A DNA stretch of 64,000 nt from Octopus vulgaris (Eukaryota). A program made the position numbers and the translations under genes. The stretch spans positions 55,986,001-56,050,000 of the forward strand of contig OX597826.1 in the NCBI GenBank assembly GCA_951406725.2. Reading direction: 5' to 3'. Each line of letters opens with the position of its first letter. Positions within the stretch are counted from its first letter, which is position 1. Under the pieces are notes generated by a model. It worked only from the letters and a program-made list of their open reading frames with translations, made no database searches and had not been told where the DNA came from. This document shows positions 12,570 to 26,400 of this stretch, piece after piece.

Positions 12570-13110
12570 ACGATGGGCACGAGGCTTGAAAGCTGAGTGG
12601 AGGGAGGCTAGTCGATTGTAATCGACATCAACCCTCAACTGATATTTAAATTATCCATCTCGAAAGGGCGAACAACAAAGTCGGCCTCAGCGGAATTTGA
12701 ACTCAGAAGTAATTTGTCCCATACTAATGTACAAGTTCAGAAGAGGCTCGCTCTATTCGGGCCAGTCTCGACACATTTACCCAACCTCACCAAATTTGCA
12801 GGGTAGAGGAATCTTATTCCTCTACACCCTTACCCGCCCCACCATCCTTTTAAATGAAACTTCAAGAAAATAAATGAAGATTTGGCCAAAGAGGAAAGCT
12901 TTCTAATTTTGGTACAAGGTCAACAATTTTGAAGAGAACAGGTTTGTGCATTACATCTACCCCAGTACTTAACTGGTACTTTATTTTATTGAACCCCAGT
13001 GAGACAAAAGCAAAGTCGGCTTTGGCCGGATATGAACTCAGAAGGTAAAATGATCGAATAAATGATGCAAAGCACTAATTTTCAAAGCTGTAACGATTCT
13101 ACCAACCAGC
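12570..13110 (-). mobile_element. Old decayed SINE family B copies
   Basis: aaagtcggc...ggaatttgaactcagaa motifs at ~12680 and ~13015. Confidence 0.6.
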
Positions 13111-13269
13111 CATTTTAATAATCCTTCTTACTATAGGCTCAAAACCAGACATTTGGGAAAGGAGTGGAGTAGTTATTCACATCAAACCCAGTAATTGGGA
13201 CCGGTTTGTTGCTGCGCAAGGTGACTATTTCGAAGAACATGATGTTAAAACTTCGGTAACTAAGTTATT

Positions 13270-13470
13270 ACGGAGATGTACTTGCATAGCAAGTGACCTG
13301 ATCTGAGATCGTGTGCTGGAACGAAAACAATTGCAGTGTGGAAGGTGTTTATAAACCATTTAAGAAATACACAAAATCCGTTAGATGTACTTCAACATTT
13401 AAATTTAATTTGTCAAATATTTTCGTTGCTTTGAGACCGCGACCTGTTCACTGACAAAATTCCGTGCTGA
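13270..13470. mobile_element. Second, single-arm copy of the 218-545 element; hammerhead-like motif on the - strand at 13409-13458
   Basis: acggagatgtacttgcatagcaa...gacctgttcactgacaaaattccgtgctga. The - strand reads tttgtca-GTGAACA-g-gtcgc..gcaac-GAAA-atat-t-tgacaaa. Confidence 0.8.
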
Positions 13471-14149
13471 GATGCAGAAATGTTTATATACAGATAGAGA
13501 GAGATATAAAGAGGGGTGGAGAGATATTTAAATTTTATTAATTGAAGAATATTGACATAGGCACTTTCCCTCTCCCCCAAAAACATAAAGAGAAATATGC
13601 GTACACAAAAACAAAGAGAAAGAGGGAAAGAGAGAAAGAGAAAGACAGAAAACGAGAGAAAAATTGAAACGTTTGATGTCAAATAAGTCAGCATCGAATC
13701 AGCGGTGCCAAGCAAGCAGCGCCAAAACAGCTACGCCAAAACTCTCATACCCCTCGAAGTAACTACAGGTTCACTGGTTAATACTTCTCTTACAGTAGAA
13801 GGTCAGCGGTGACTATAACTTTTGAAAACCTCTTCTAGTGAGGGTAGTGATGCACCTGACAGGTATTCAGATTTGAATGTCGATACAAAAAGAAAATATG
13901 TGTAAGGAGGTAATTTTGTTTCAGAGACAAATATACTTAGTGATGAGGATTTACATATGACACAGAATAGTGTAATTTATATAGGGTCCAATGACTAAAA
14001 GGCTTGGTAACGATTCCAGTGTGTGGAAACATAAGCATGTGACTTTCAACAATGTCTGTGGCTTACACAAGATTTATGAAATTATGTAGACGGAGACTAT
14101 ATATATATATATATATGAACATATTATGTATGTATGTGAGCATATAAAC

Positions 14150-14183
<34 letters not shown>

Positions 14184-14349
14184 GAACGTATATATCATAT
14201 GCATACGCACATATAACTAATCTATATAATATATGCTATGACGTATATCAGTTTTATATATGTATGTGTGTCTACATATGCTTATACCATAATATGATAA
14301 ATGTATATATATATATTTATGTACATATGTACGTACTTATGTTTGTATG

Positions 14350-14406
<57 letters not shown>

Positions 14407-14517
14407 GTATGTATGTACGTGTGTATGTATGCATGTATGTATGTAAGTATATATATGTATGTATGTATGTATTCTTTTACACTACTGACAATCTCACTCT
14501 GTCCAACTCTGACACAG

Positions 14518-14566
14518 TACAGCGATGATGAAGTTGAAGCGATTACATTCAGTCTCCATATTTGAC
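14518..14566 (+). CDS. Internal coding micro-exon (49 nt, phase 2 to 0): (N)[16 protein letters not shown]
   Basis: Branch-point-like tactgac (~14483-14489), pyrimidine-rich tract, acAG| acceptor and GAC|GTATGT donor. AA from exon 7390-7474 plus T gives AAT and an open frame. Confidence 0.7.
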
Positions 14567-16124
14567 GTATGTTTAATCAATGATGCTATTGACATCAGAT
14601 ACGAAACAATCTACTCATTTCCTCATAAAAAATAAGTCAGAATTGCAAAAGAAGAAAAAAAAGGATACAATAATAGAGAAATAAAACAAAAAAATTTCAT
14701 ATAAAATAAAGAAACAAATATATAAGATTTTTAAAAAACATCCAAAACAAACCAGTTTTCAAAAAAGAAAAACAAACAAAACACGAATAAACGAAAAACG
14801 AACGAAAGAGAATTTTCCTAAAACCTAAATCAAATGATTAAATGTTTTTTAAATGAATTGATTAATCAATTAATATTTAACAAAAATAAGTTGATTTTAA
14901 TTGATAATCATTGACAACTCACACAGGAACAATTTGATGCAATGGAGAATTTGAGTAAAGTTGATGATTTTGTTAAACATTTCAGCTGCCGTTCGAAGAC
15001 AAACTGCCAATATGGTGAGGAATTTGTTATTGTAGAAATCAATACATGCTGAACATTAAATAGTCTTTGCTTTCATTCTGTTTTGCTATCCTAATTAATC
15101 CTCTTGGTCTCTAGGTATTGGTTTTCCGTCGCTTACTGGCACTGTTTTTAGAGCAAAGCCGACTGTGTAGTGTGAAGATGGATGGATGGATGACTGAGTG
15201 GCGGTATGTATAGATGGATGGATGGATGGATGGACGGAGTGATGGAGTGATACATGGAAGGATGGATGGATGGATGGATGGAGGAGAGAAGGAACGAAAG
15301 AAAGAGAGACAGAAATAACGAAGGAAAAAAATGAAGAAACGAAACGAATACAAGGACTAGAAGAACAAAGATAAATTGATGTTTTCTGCCAGACGTATGT
15401 ACGAAAGAGAGCGCTGTGTAGAATAATCAAACATATGTACGATTCTGTAGCAATCTCAAGTGTGTTAAGACAAATTTCTTCATTGATCACGGAGACACAT
15501 TTTCGGGGGTTTAAAATATAAAGAAATATATATGAATAAAAACAACAAAAACTTAACTAAAAAAAAACACAAACACATAAGAATAATATAAAATCTATTA
15601 CTACATAGATAAACAAATAAATAAATTACATAGATAATTAATTAATAAATAAATAAATACTTAAATAAATAAATAAGAGTTAGGTAAGATTTCTTATAAA
15701 TGCTGAAATGACAGACGGAATCTATTTGTGTTTGTTATTTGCTTTGGTAAAATATTACCGTTTGGGAATTACAAATGGCGGTGAGAAGTTCATGAAAAGT
15801 CTTGTCTTGAATTCTGATTGACTCACGAACGGTAAATCTAGAAAAAAAAATTTGATTTACGTTCATCTGTTAGACTCAGTAATGAATTATAAAGCAAAGG
15901 TCTGCTTCCGAACAGCAACGTTTAGGAGGACGTCGTGGTGGTGGCGACGGCAGCGTCTCGGCGGGGCTGCTACTGCAGCTAGTGGTGTTTAGTCCAGAGC
16001 AAGTCCTGATCAGAATAGACTTAGAAGCAAAGGGGTTCCGCCCATAATCATTCCATCTCTTTGTCGTTGTCCACGCCAAACTATATCATTTGTTGTATTC
16101 GTCTCTTAAGATGGCAGGATGTGA

Positions 16125-16540
16125 AAGGCGGCGAGCTGGCAGAAATGTTAGCACGCCGGGCGAAATGCGTAGCCGTATTTCGTCTGCCGTTACATTCTGA
16201 GTTCAAATTCCGCCGAGGTCGACTTTGCCTTTCATCCTTTCGGGATCGATAAATTAAGTACCAGTTACGCACTGGGGTCGATGTAATCGACTTAATCAGT
16301 TTGTCTGTCCTTGTTTGTCCTCTCTGTGTTTAGCCCCTCGTGGGTAGTAAAGAAATAGGTATTTCGTCTGCCGCTACGTTCTGAGTTCAAATCCCGCCGA
16401 GGTCAACTTTGCCTTTCATCCTTTCGGGGTCGATAAATTAAGTACCAGTTACGCACTGGGGTCGATATTATTGACTTAATCCCTTTGTCTGTCCTTGTTT
16501 GTCCCCTCTATGTTTAGCCCCTTGTGGGCAATAAAGAAAT
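16125..16540 (+). mobile_element. SINE family B dimer (full unit + headless unit) with target-site duplication
   Basis: aaggcggcgagctggcagaa...aaagaaata|ggtatttcgtctgcc...aaagaaata; flanks taagatggcaggatgtga (16107-16124) and taagttggcaagatgtga (16540-16557). Confidence 0.9.
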
Positions 16541-17382
16541 AAGTTGGCAAGATGTGATTTTAAGAAAATTTGGCTGCTTTTTCTTTTACCCAACAGAGCA
16601 ACGTTGAGGCTCATTGTTAGTTTCATTGTGATAGTGTTACTATTTTTATTATCTCCAAACCAACCTTGACTTATGATCGAAGCACTTCAGCTATTATTTC
16701 TACCATATCGAGACACTACATAAAAACACGCTGGCCGGTTTATCTGTACCGACATAGTTTCGAATCTTCGTGGAAAACACAAATTCCGCAATGGATCCTC
16801 CTAAAGAAATGCTTAAACTTCATAAAGCTCCAGCACAGGTCATTCCATCTTTCATGCAGTTCAGTAAATAAGATGGGACATAAAAATCTCCCTGTAGAGG
16901 CCGATAGTCTCTATTGGCAGCTATTTCTACAAAATTAGCTGGATGCACTTGTTATTTAGACCTGGTTAACATTGACCAAGCAGATGCATAACCAAAAGAA
17001 TTTTACCCATTTTCCTTTTCCTCCTAATTATTTCGACAGTATATTTCGGAGCACATTATCAAACGTTTCTTTCCTTCTTTAAAAACGCTAATAAATGGTT
17101 TGAGAGAACAATTGGTTGTTATATTTAGTAAGTCTGGTGAGTGCCTAGGGGTTCCCCATAGTGGTGGTATAGAGAATAAATTGACATTCAGCCATGAGTC
17201 CGATTTCAAATCCCATTAAGTATCAAGTTTGATGTCACTAGTCTTTTCAGGTATAGGTTTAGTTGATTAGAATCTAATCCGGCTCTTTACGTTCTGAGGC
17301 CAAATTTCGCCGAGGTCGATTTGTCCCTTCCCATCAAAATGATTGCTCTTGTTCCAGAATTAGAAACAATTACCATGTTAAT

Positions 17383-17675
17383 CACCGTGACCGACCAGGC
17401 TATCACATTTTGCTACATATCGCTGGTCACAATGCACTTCGCATTCTTTTAGCCTTCAAAATGATGCCACCCCGCTGGCTAAGCGAGCAGGCCAACAGAA
17501 GAAAGTGTGAGAGAAAGTCGTGGTGAAAGAGTACAGCAGGGATCGCCACCACTACCCCACTGCCAGAGCCTCGTGGAGCTTTAGGTGTTTTCGCTCAATA
17601 AGCACTCACAACGCCCGGTCTGGGAATCGAAACCGCGAGTCTGCTGCCCTAACCAGTGGGCCATTGCGCCTCCAC
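17383..17675 (-). mobile_element. tRNA-derived SINE family C with 11-bp TSD
   Basis: The - strand head is gtggaggcgcaatggcccactggttagggcagc...ggtttcgattccc; accatgttaat at 17372-17382 and 17676-17686. Confidence 0.85.
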
Positions 17676-17774
17676 ACCATGTTAATAAATGTTTAAAATC
17701 TACAACTAACGCATAAATGTAACAATATGGGCAGAGTTTTTCTTAATGAGAGATTACATGGCATTAAAATGCAT

Positions 17775-17985
17775 TAAGTCGGTGAGTTTAATTGTTAGCA
17801 CGCCGATCAAAATACTTAGCGGCATTTCGTCCGTCTTTTCATTCTGATTTCAAATCCCTCCTCCGTCGACTTTACCTTTCATCATTTCGGGGTCGATAAA
17901 TTAAGCACCAAATGAGTAATGGGAGATATTTAATCGACTTATCCATCCTCCAAAGTCTTTGTGCCAAAATTTGAAAACAATATTT
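17775..17985 (+). mobile_element. Decayed SINE family B
   Basis: gttagcacgccg...gtcgactttacctttcatcatttcggggtcgataaattaag. Confidence 0.75.
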
Positions 17986-19544
17986 CAATGCATCTGCAAC
18001 AACCATGACGATACTTTCTCGACCAGAAAGACTTAAGCAATCCAACTATGTCCATCCTGTCTTTCGTAATTATGAAGAATTACACTATATAATGTTATGC
18101 GAGGTAGCCTTCATTTTTGTGGTGGTGTTGGTGGTGGGGGATTTAAAGGGAATTTGACTGCTATTTCGAGCAGATTGTAAAACTCTGTTGAAGCTCCTTT
18201 GTTAATTCGCCTGTGCTTACAATGAATCGAGCACAATGCAATATTTAATAAAGGTTTTCTTCACAATTTAATAGATATTGATTTCTAATTGAGCCACAAC
18301 AAGTTTATTGTTGCAGAAAATGTTGTTAGTCAATTGTATTGATTTTAGTATATAGCTATCGATTTCGGAAAAATGCAACGAAACGTCTATCCCTGTTGGA
18401 TTTGCACTTTGGGATTCCAGAAGATCGGAATGAGGTTCAACCGCATGGGGCATTCAGAGAACCCTACAAAACATCCCAGATTATTCTGACGCATTAAATG
18501 CATGTGATCTCTCCTGAATCTTGATGCTGCGAACCTATAGCCCTTTTCTTAGTGCAAACCCATTCAACAACATCGATGTCACCGTTATTAGCCATGACCT
18601 ATAAAATTTACTGTGAGTGAGGGTAGCTCTTCTTTCTCTCGTCTTCAGTTAAAATCTGAACTAGTTGATAATGCGCTCGTCTGACAAAAAATATCTCGAG
18701 TTTCATTCCTTTAGACTGTGTTCGCAGCACAACTTCCTTCACCACAGTCACCAGATGTAGGGAGACTACTCTCTATTCTTTGCTACTGGAAAAGTGAGGT
18801 GGAATGGTCTGGAATGGACTGTCCAGTCGCATTGCAGATCTGTATGTTTTCATACATGCATACATACATACATGCATACATACATACATGCATACATACA
18901 TAAATACATGCATACATACATGCATGCATACATACATACATACATGCATACATACATACATACATACATACATACATACATACATGTATGCATACATACA
19001 TATATACATATATACGTGCATGCATACATACACAAATACATACATTCAAACATACACAACATACACACATACATACATACATACATACATACATACATTC
19101 ATACATGCATACATACATACATACATATAGGCATACATACATACATGCATACATACATACATAGATGCATGCATACACACATACATACTCACACATACAT
19201 AATTCATTCATACATACATACATACATACATACATACATACATAGTAGAAACCACCTCCTCCAAGGTGCCATGTAGTGGAATTGAACCATCGTTAACCAC
19301 ATGCTTACAAAGTGAGCTTCTTACTCACTCAGATATGTCTGCGTCTCTTAAAGAAAGTTTTGTCTCCATTTCTTTCTTTCTTTCTTTCTGTTTTTTTTTC
19401 CAGACCGAAAAAAATTGGGTCATTTTCGATTTTGACGAGTGAAAACCTTGCATAGACAACTTGCATAGATATCTACGGTTACGTTAAAGACATCAGGAAG
19501 TGGTCTTTGTGCGAGCCTTTCAAACAGCTAGAAACAGCAGCTTG

Positions 19545-19547
19545 ATA

Positions 19548-19629
<82 letters not shown>

Positions 19630-19630
19630 C

Positions 19631-19665
<35 letters not shown>

Positions 19666-19950
19666 CGACGAGGATGATGGTGGTGGTGGTGGTGGTGGTG
19701 ATGATGATGGTGATGATGATCATGATCATGATGGTGATGATGATGAAGATGAAGATGCGTTGGTGATGATGACGAAGAAGAAGAGGGTTCTGGTTCTGGT
19801 CATGGTGATGCTGGTAGTACCGCTGCTACCGCTGCTGCCGGTGATAATGTTGATGATGATGACGATGATGATGATGATGATGATGATGAGACGAGGAGGA
19901 GGGGGGAACAGGACTACGATGATGATGATGATGATGATGATGATGATCTT
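19545..19950. repeat. (GAT)n/(GGT)n trinucleotide tract
   Basis: Direct reading; source of the poly-M/I ORFs. Confidence 0.95.
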
Positions 19951-20182
19951 GATCATGATATTTCGTATGAAGCTAACACGCACACATATACACGCGCAAA
20001 CAATTACACACACACACACACACATACAAACACACACACACACACAACCGGTAGACACATCTGCAGGCATTCACACATTAACGCCCAAGCATATAGATAC
20101 ATACACACACATACACACACACACACATACACTCGCACGCACGCACTCATACTTGTACATACACATACAAAACACAGGGGTG

Positions 20183-20222
<40 letters not shown>

Positions 20223-20284
20223 TTAAAGTACGTACAATGAATACTAAACACCAAAATAAGTCAATACAATGCATTCTTTTCTTT

Positions 20285-21000
20285 GTTAATTTCCTGCTGC
20301 ACTTAAAAGTGTTATAGCTGCATCGGGAACTGCAGCAGTTATGCAGTTGTACTTATCTGCATGCGCTGAAAACGGTTAATTATCTATTAGCATTAGAATT
20401 TAAATGTGCATCATATGTGCAGCGTCATTGCCTCGCCATTGAAATGTGTCGCTTAGAAATGCACATACAGTTGCACATGTAAATGAACATGCGAATGCAT
20501 ATGCGCAAATTAGGCGCATGCATGTCTAATTGCTGGACATTGCAGACAAGTGCATGCTATGAGTGCCAAATAAGAGCATGGACAGAGATGGCGTAGATTG
20601 AAGAGGGGAGGAGGAGGTGGAGGAGGCGGAGGAGGTGGAGGAGGCGGAGGAGGTGGGGGAGGAGGGGCGGGGAGGAGGAGCAGGGAGGAGGAGGAGGAGG
20701 AGGTGGTGGAGGAGGGGAGGGGAAGGTCTCGGTGTGATGTGCGGTGGGGCAGGGGGTTGGGTGTTGCGAATGGGAGAGGCGGGATGGAGTGAGTGCCACA
20801 GTGGTTGGTTGGTTGGTTGGTTGGTTGGTTGGTTGGGTGTGAGAGAGGGTGGATGTGACCGGGTGTGTGGAGCAGGGGTTTGTTATGATGCGCTGGGTGT
20901 GGTCTTCCTGCGATGAGGTACGCCGTGGCACAGTGCGGCAGAGAATGTGTCGTGGTTGTGGGTGATTTATTCTATATTTGTATTCAATGCATGCACACCT
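20285..21000. promoter_or_regulatory. Candidate cis-regulatory island: TGCA/GCATG-dense block followed by a GGA/G-rich tract
   Basis: Unique, TE-free sequence with many TGCA and (T)GCATG motifs, atgcatatgcgc at ~20495, a purine-rich GGA tract at 20600-20725 and a possible donor GAG|GTACGC at 20917/20918. Confidence 0.3.
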
Positions 21001-21840
21001 AACAGCAACAACAACGACAGCAATAATATTGGATGCGAAAACCACGTGGTAACAAAAAAAAAATACAACGACAACAACAACAACAATGGCAACAACGAGA
21101 ACAGCAACAACAACAGCAACAACAAAAACAAAATCAAAGCCAAACTACGTAAAAACAAAACAAAAAAGTGCAACAAAAACAAGAATGACAAATAATAATA
21201 ACAACAACAACTACAACAACAACAACAATAATAATAATAATAATAACAACAATAACAATAACAACAGCAGCAACAATAACGACAACAACAACAACACTAA
21301 CAACACAAATATAGAATAAATCGTCCACAACGACATCACAACAGTAACAATGACGTTAACGATGACAGTAACAACAACAACAATAACAACTGCAACAACA
21401 ACAACAACAACGATAACAATAACAACATTGACACCATCTTCGTCAACAGCACTGATTCATAACGCCTCCACCATTGCGCCGCTGTTAGGAACTGTCCCTG
21501 ACGCCTAATGGTTGTAGTTAGGGATCTGCATATTTTATACCCTAAACTACTACCACCAACACACCGTCCACGCCATCACCACCACCACCAACAACACCAA
21601 CACCAACACCACCACCATTCCACTCCTACCAATGCCATCTCCTCACCGCTCAGGTCCCTCCTTTTCTTCGCCCGGTTCCTATTTCATCGATACCATCATC
21701 ATCATCATCATCGTCCTCATCTTCATCATCATCATCATCACCACCACATCATCATCATAATCATCATCATCATCATCATCACCATCACCACCACCATCAT
21801 CACCATCATCACCATCATCATCATCATCATCACCAACATT

Positions 21841-21877
<37 letters not shown>

Positions 21878-21923
21878 CCACCACCATCATCACCATCATC
21901 ACCATCATCACCACCATGATCAA

Positions 21924-21965
<42 letters not shown>

Positions 21966-21982
21966 CATCACCATCATCATCG

Positions 21983-22023
<41 letters not shown>

Positions 22024-22106
22024 GTTGTAGTGGTCGTCATCGTTGTCGTTACGTTATCATAAACGCAACGATGAACGTGTTCCTGCTGATCCTGATCCTG
22101 ATGAAC

Positions 22107-22196
<90 letters not shown>

Positions 22197-22520
22197 TACT
22201 ACTACTACTACCACCACCACCCACCACCACCACCACTACCACCACGAACTACTACTACGACTACGTCAACTCTGCGGTGAGTTCATCTTCCCCTCGCCCC
22301 TCCCCGCCTTCTTTACCCCCTTGTCATCATTACCGAACCTGTTAATGAACAATTGTGATGGATTCGCTTTGTATCATTTGCCTCATTAGAACAATTAGCA
22401 ACGATCATCTGAAATGCTATTTCGTATCTGTTTTTGCGTTCCTATTCGTTGTTGTTGTTGTTGTTGTTGTTGTTGTGGTGGTGGTGGTGGTGGTGGTGGT
22501 GGTGGTGGTTGCAGCGATGG
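21000..22520. repeat. Mosaic of (AAC)n, (CAT)n, (ACT)n, (GTT)/(GGT)n trinucleotide repeats
   Basis: Direct reading. Confidence 0.9.
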
Positions 22521-23341
22521 CGGTGGTTTCGTGTATTTCCATCTAAGCTATTATATCCGGTTTGTTTTGGTGACGAAAGCGTTAATTATCACCCCTTGAC
22601 GATTGATACATATTTCTGAAGTTACCAAAGTTGGTGTATGCCAAAGAGGAAGCCTCTACACATCCACTCTGTTTGCAAGAAATTGCAACCACATCTTGCT
22701 CCAATCACATTTATCTGTCTTAAAATATTAGAAAGAAAACTCTAAAGAAAAAAATAATAAAACGCAGAATATATTGGACAATAACGTACCTTATATTCGC
22801 TACATTTGGTCATAGATGAGCTGTATCAGAACTGGTCTGAGATAAAACTACACCAAAAACAATAACACGTTCTTCTTGGTTCGGCTAAAGGTGATGCCTT
22901 TTCGTGATAGTCAAGTGAAGTGACTTGCATGAAGTAGCAGCCAAATCTACGTCAATTTACACACGGACAAGTGTATTTAATAACTGTTTCTGATTTAAAC
23001 ACGAGGCCATGAATTTTAAGAAGCAATTAGTCCATCACATCGACACCATTATTTGACGGGTTCTATATTATACTGGATCCAGAGAGATGAAAATGCAAAG
23101 TTAGCCTGAGAGGGATTTGAACTCAGAACATATTAGAAGCAACAAAAAAAAAAAGTGGGGGGGGTAAAGATTACGGCCATCTCAAGTTCAAAGTACCGAT
23201 TCTTATCCGATCACCGATATTAATCAATTTTGAGATTAATTTCTACTTAAACTGGAAGCTGAGTGTCTTAAATAATCAAAAGGGGAAGATAAAGCTCCCT
23301 GATATAATAAAAGGGAAGATCATAGTGTACCACTCAGTACC

Positions 23342-23455
<114 letters not shown>

Positions 23456-23460
23456 GGTAT

Positions 23461-23511
<51 letters not shown>

Positions 23512-23512
<1 letters not shown>

Positions 23513-23673
23513 GACGGGATTCTTTCCGTTTCCGTCTACAAAGCTACTCACAAGGCTTTGGTCGGCCCGAGGCTATAGTAGAAGATACATGCCGAAGGTG
23601 ACTCGCAGTAGGACTGAACCCGGAGCAATGTAGTTTGTAAGCAAGCTACTTACCACACAGCCACTCCTGCGCC
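23512..23673 (-). mobile_element. SINE family A head half
   Basis: tgacgggattctttccgtttccgtctac...cttaccacacagccactcctgcgcc. Confidence 0.85.
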
Positions 23674-23711
23674 TATATATATGCCTGTGTGTGTGTGTGT
23701 GTGTTTATGTA

Positions 23712-23744
<33 letters not shown>

Positions 23745-24134
23745 CACTCATGAGATGGTCACGCCTAGAACAGCTTCGGTCATTGATCTGCCGCAGTAGT
23801 ACAGACCTAGGGGTAAAAATTGCCAAAAACAAAATAGTAAACCAACAATAAAAATAAAACAGAAAGAAAATCCCACTAAGTGCTTTACAACCAACTAATA
23901 GCCGTTGGTCAGAATACTAATAAGGTTTGCTTTGTGTTTCGTTACTGACAACAACAATTGGTGATATTTAGTGATTATTGCCTGGAAATGGGACGGGGGG
24001 GGCGGGAAGGGGGAGAAGGTTGTGACTAATAATGAAGATTAACTTATTCATTGCTCTTTCGGGAGACTGTGTAATTCTGCATTAAAAGGGTCAGAGATGT
24101 CTTGCAAAGAAAATAAATAAATAAATAAAAAAAA

Positions 24135-24149
24135 GATGATAATAATAAC

Positions 24150-24207
<58 letters not shown>

Positions 24208-24308
24208 TAACAACAAAGATAGTAATGATAATAATAATGAAAATATCAATAATAATAATAATAATAATAATAACAATAATGATAATAACAACAACAACAA
24301 TAATGATG

Positions 24309-24404
<96 letters not shown>

Positions 24405-24476
24405 GTGATAATAATAATAGTGATAGTAATTGCAATAGTAATAATAATAGCAGAAACAGCAATAACGATGACCGTC

Positions 24477-24539
<63 letters not shown>

Positions 24540-25001
24540 GGAAAGAAAAGAAACATTAAAAAAGACGAAAGAAAAGACAAAGAAAAAAGAAAGAACGAAA
24601 GCTGATTTTCAGAATACTAATAGAAATACTGATAATGATTAGGATGGTGATAATGATGGTGGTGGTGGTGGTGGTGGTGGTAGTGTTTTGGTGGTGGCTG
24701 CAGCGGAGGTGACGGTCACAACGACGGCGACGGCGTAATAAAAATTGGCCACTGAGTCCATTACCATAAAGAGATATTTAACATATTTCAGTAATATGTC
24801 AGTTTTTCGCTTTATTCTTCTCTTCAAACGTGATGCAAGTCACATAACCACGTCTATGAATGTAATAACAATAACACCAACAAAGAACAACAACGATGAC
24901 GACGACGACGACGACGATGATGATGATGATGATGATGACGATGACGATGACGATGATGATGACGATGATGATGATGATGGTGATGATGATGATGACGACG
25001 G

Positions 25002-25052
<51 letters not shown>

Positions 25053-25380
25053 CGATGACGATGATGACGATGATGGTGATGACGATGACGATGATGATGA
25101 TGATGACGATAACGATGATAATGACAATGTTGATGATGACGATGATGATAATGACGATGATGACGGTGATGATGATGACAATGATGACGATGATGACGAC
25201 GATGATGACGATGATATGGAAGGGAGGAGGTAGAGGAAGAGGATGACGATGACGGTGGTGGGGGTGGTGTTCGTGATGGTGGTGTGGATTTAGTAGCGGT
25301 GGTGGTGGTGGCGTTATAGTAGTAATAGTAGTAGTGCTGTTGTTGTTGTAGTGCTGTTGTTGTTGTTGTCGTTATTGTTG

Positions 25381-25412
<32 letters not shown>

Positions 25413-25440
25413 GGTGGTGATGGTGATGGTGGTTGTGGTT
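24135..25440. repeat. (TAA)n, (GAT/GAC)n and (GTT/GGT)n tracts
   Basis: Direct reading; source of the poly-I/D/S ORFs. Confidence 0.9.
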
Positions 25441-26199
25441 GCGGTCTTGGTGGTGGCAGAAAAATGCCAGTTGTTGCAGTTCTTTGTGACTAAAACTATT
25501 AAATCTATTACAACAAAGGTGACCAATTATTTGGTAAAATGATAATAAACAAAAAAAACCCCGCAAACTACTATAAATGCCTTTAGAACATGTACACATC
25601 AATGGCTTCTTCTCGATACACTTATCCTGCTAGGAAGACACTTCTTATAGAAGACCAACCGCCTCCCCCACCAACTTCTGCTTCTTTTCTTCTTTGGCTG
25701 TGATTCTTTTATTTTTCATTTGTGTTTTCATCTATGCAAATCCTCCCCGACTCAAACTTACCACCACCCCTACTCGCCTTCCTCTTACTTAGCTTCTCCT
25801 ATTCCTTCTCTTCATCTTCGTCCTTCTCTTCATTCTTTTCTTTCTCTTCATTCTCACTGTCCTCACTAACGAGCTATTTGCTGTGCTGATGTTTGACATG
25901 CTAAAGACGATAGCGAAATGGACCTCTACTCAGCTCTACTCTTTTCCATACCGAAAGGATACCCTAGATAATGGAGCGTTACAATTAAAACACGGCTGAA
26001 GTGCTTTTCACTGTCTTTTGCATCAGTATTAACTTGTAGCCAAAGAACAAAATCTACTACTATAACTTCTATTATTATATAACCAACTTTACCTAAACCT
26101 TTCACTATTTCTACTAAAGCAAACTTATAACTGAAGTTACACCTAGAACGGCAGTCTTAAGGCAGTGACATACTGAGCCACTATAATATTAGATGGTGG

Positions 26200-26400
26200 T
26201 TTGTTAGCACACTGGGCAAAATTCTTATCAGCATTCGTTCTGCCTTTACGTTGAGTTCAAATTCCGTTAAGGTCGACTTTGTCTTTAATCCTTTTGAGCC
26301 CGATAAAATAAGTACCAGTTCAGCACAGGGGTCGAGGTAATCGACTTTTACTCGCTTCCTCGAAATTGCTGGCATTGTGCCAAAATATGATACCAATATT
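26200..26400 (+). mobile_element. Decayed SINE family B
   Basis: gttagcacactgggcaaa...gagttcaaattccgttaaggtcgactttgtc...gataaaataagtaccag. Confidence 0.75.
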
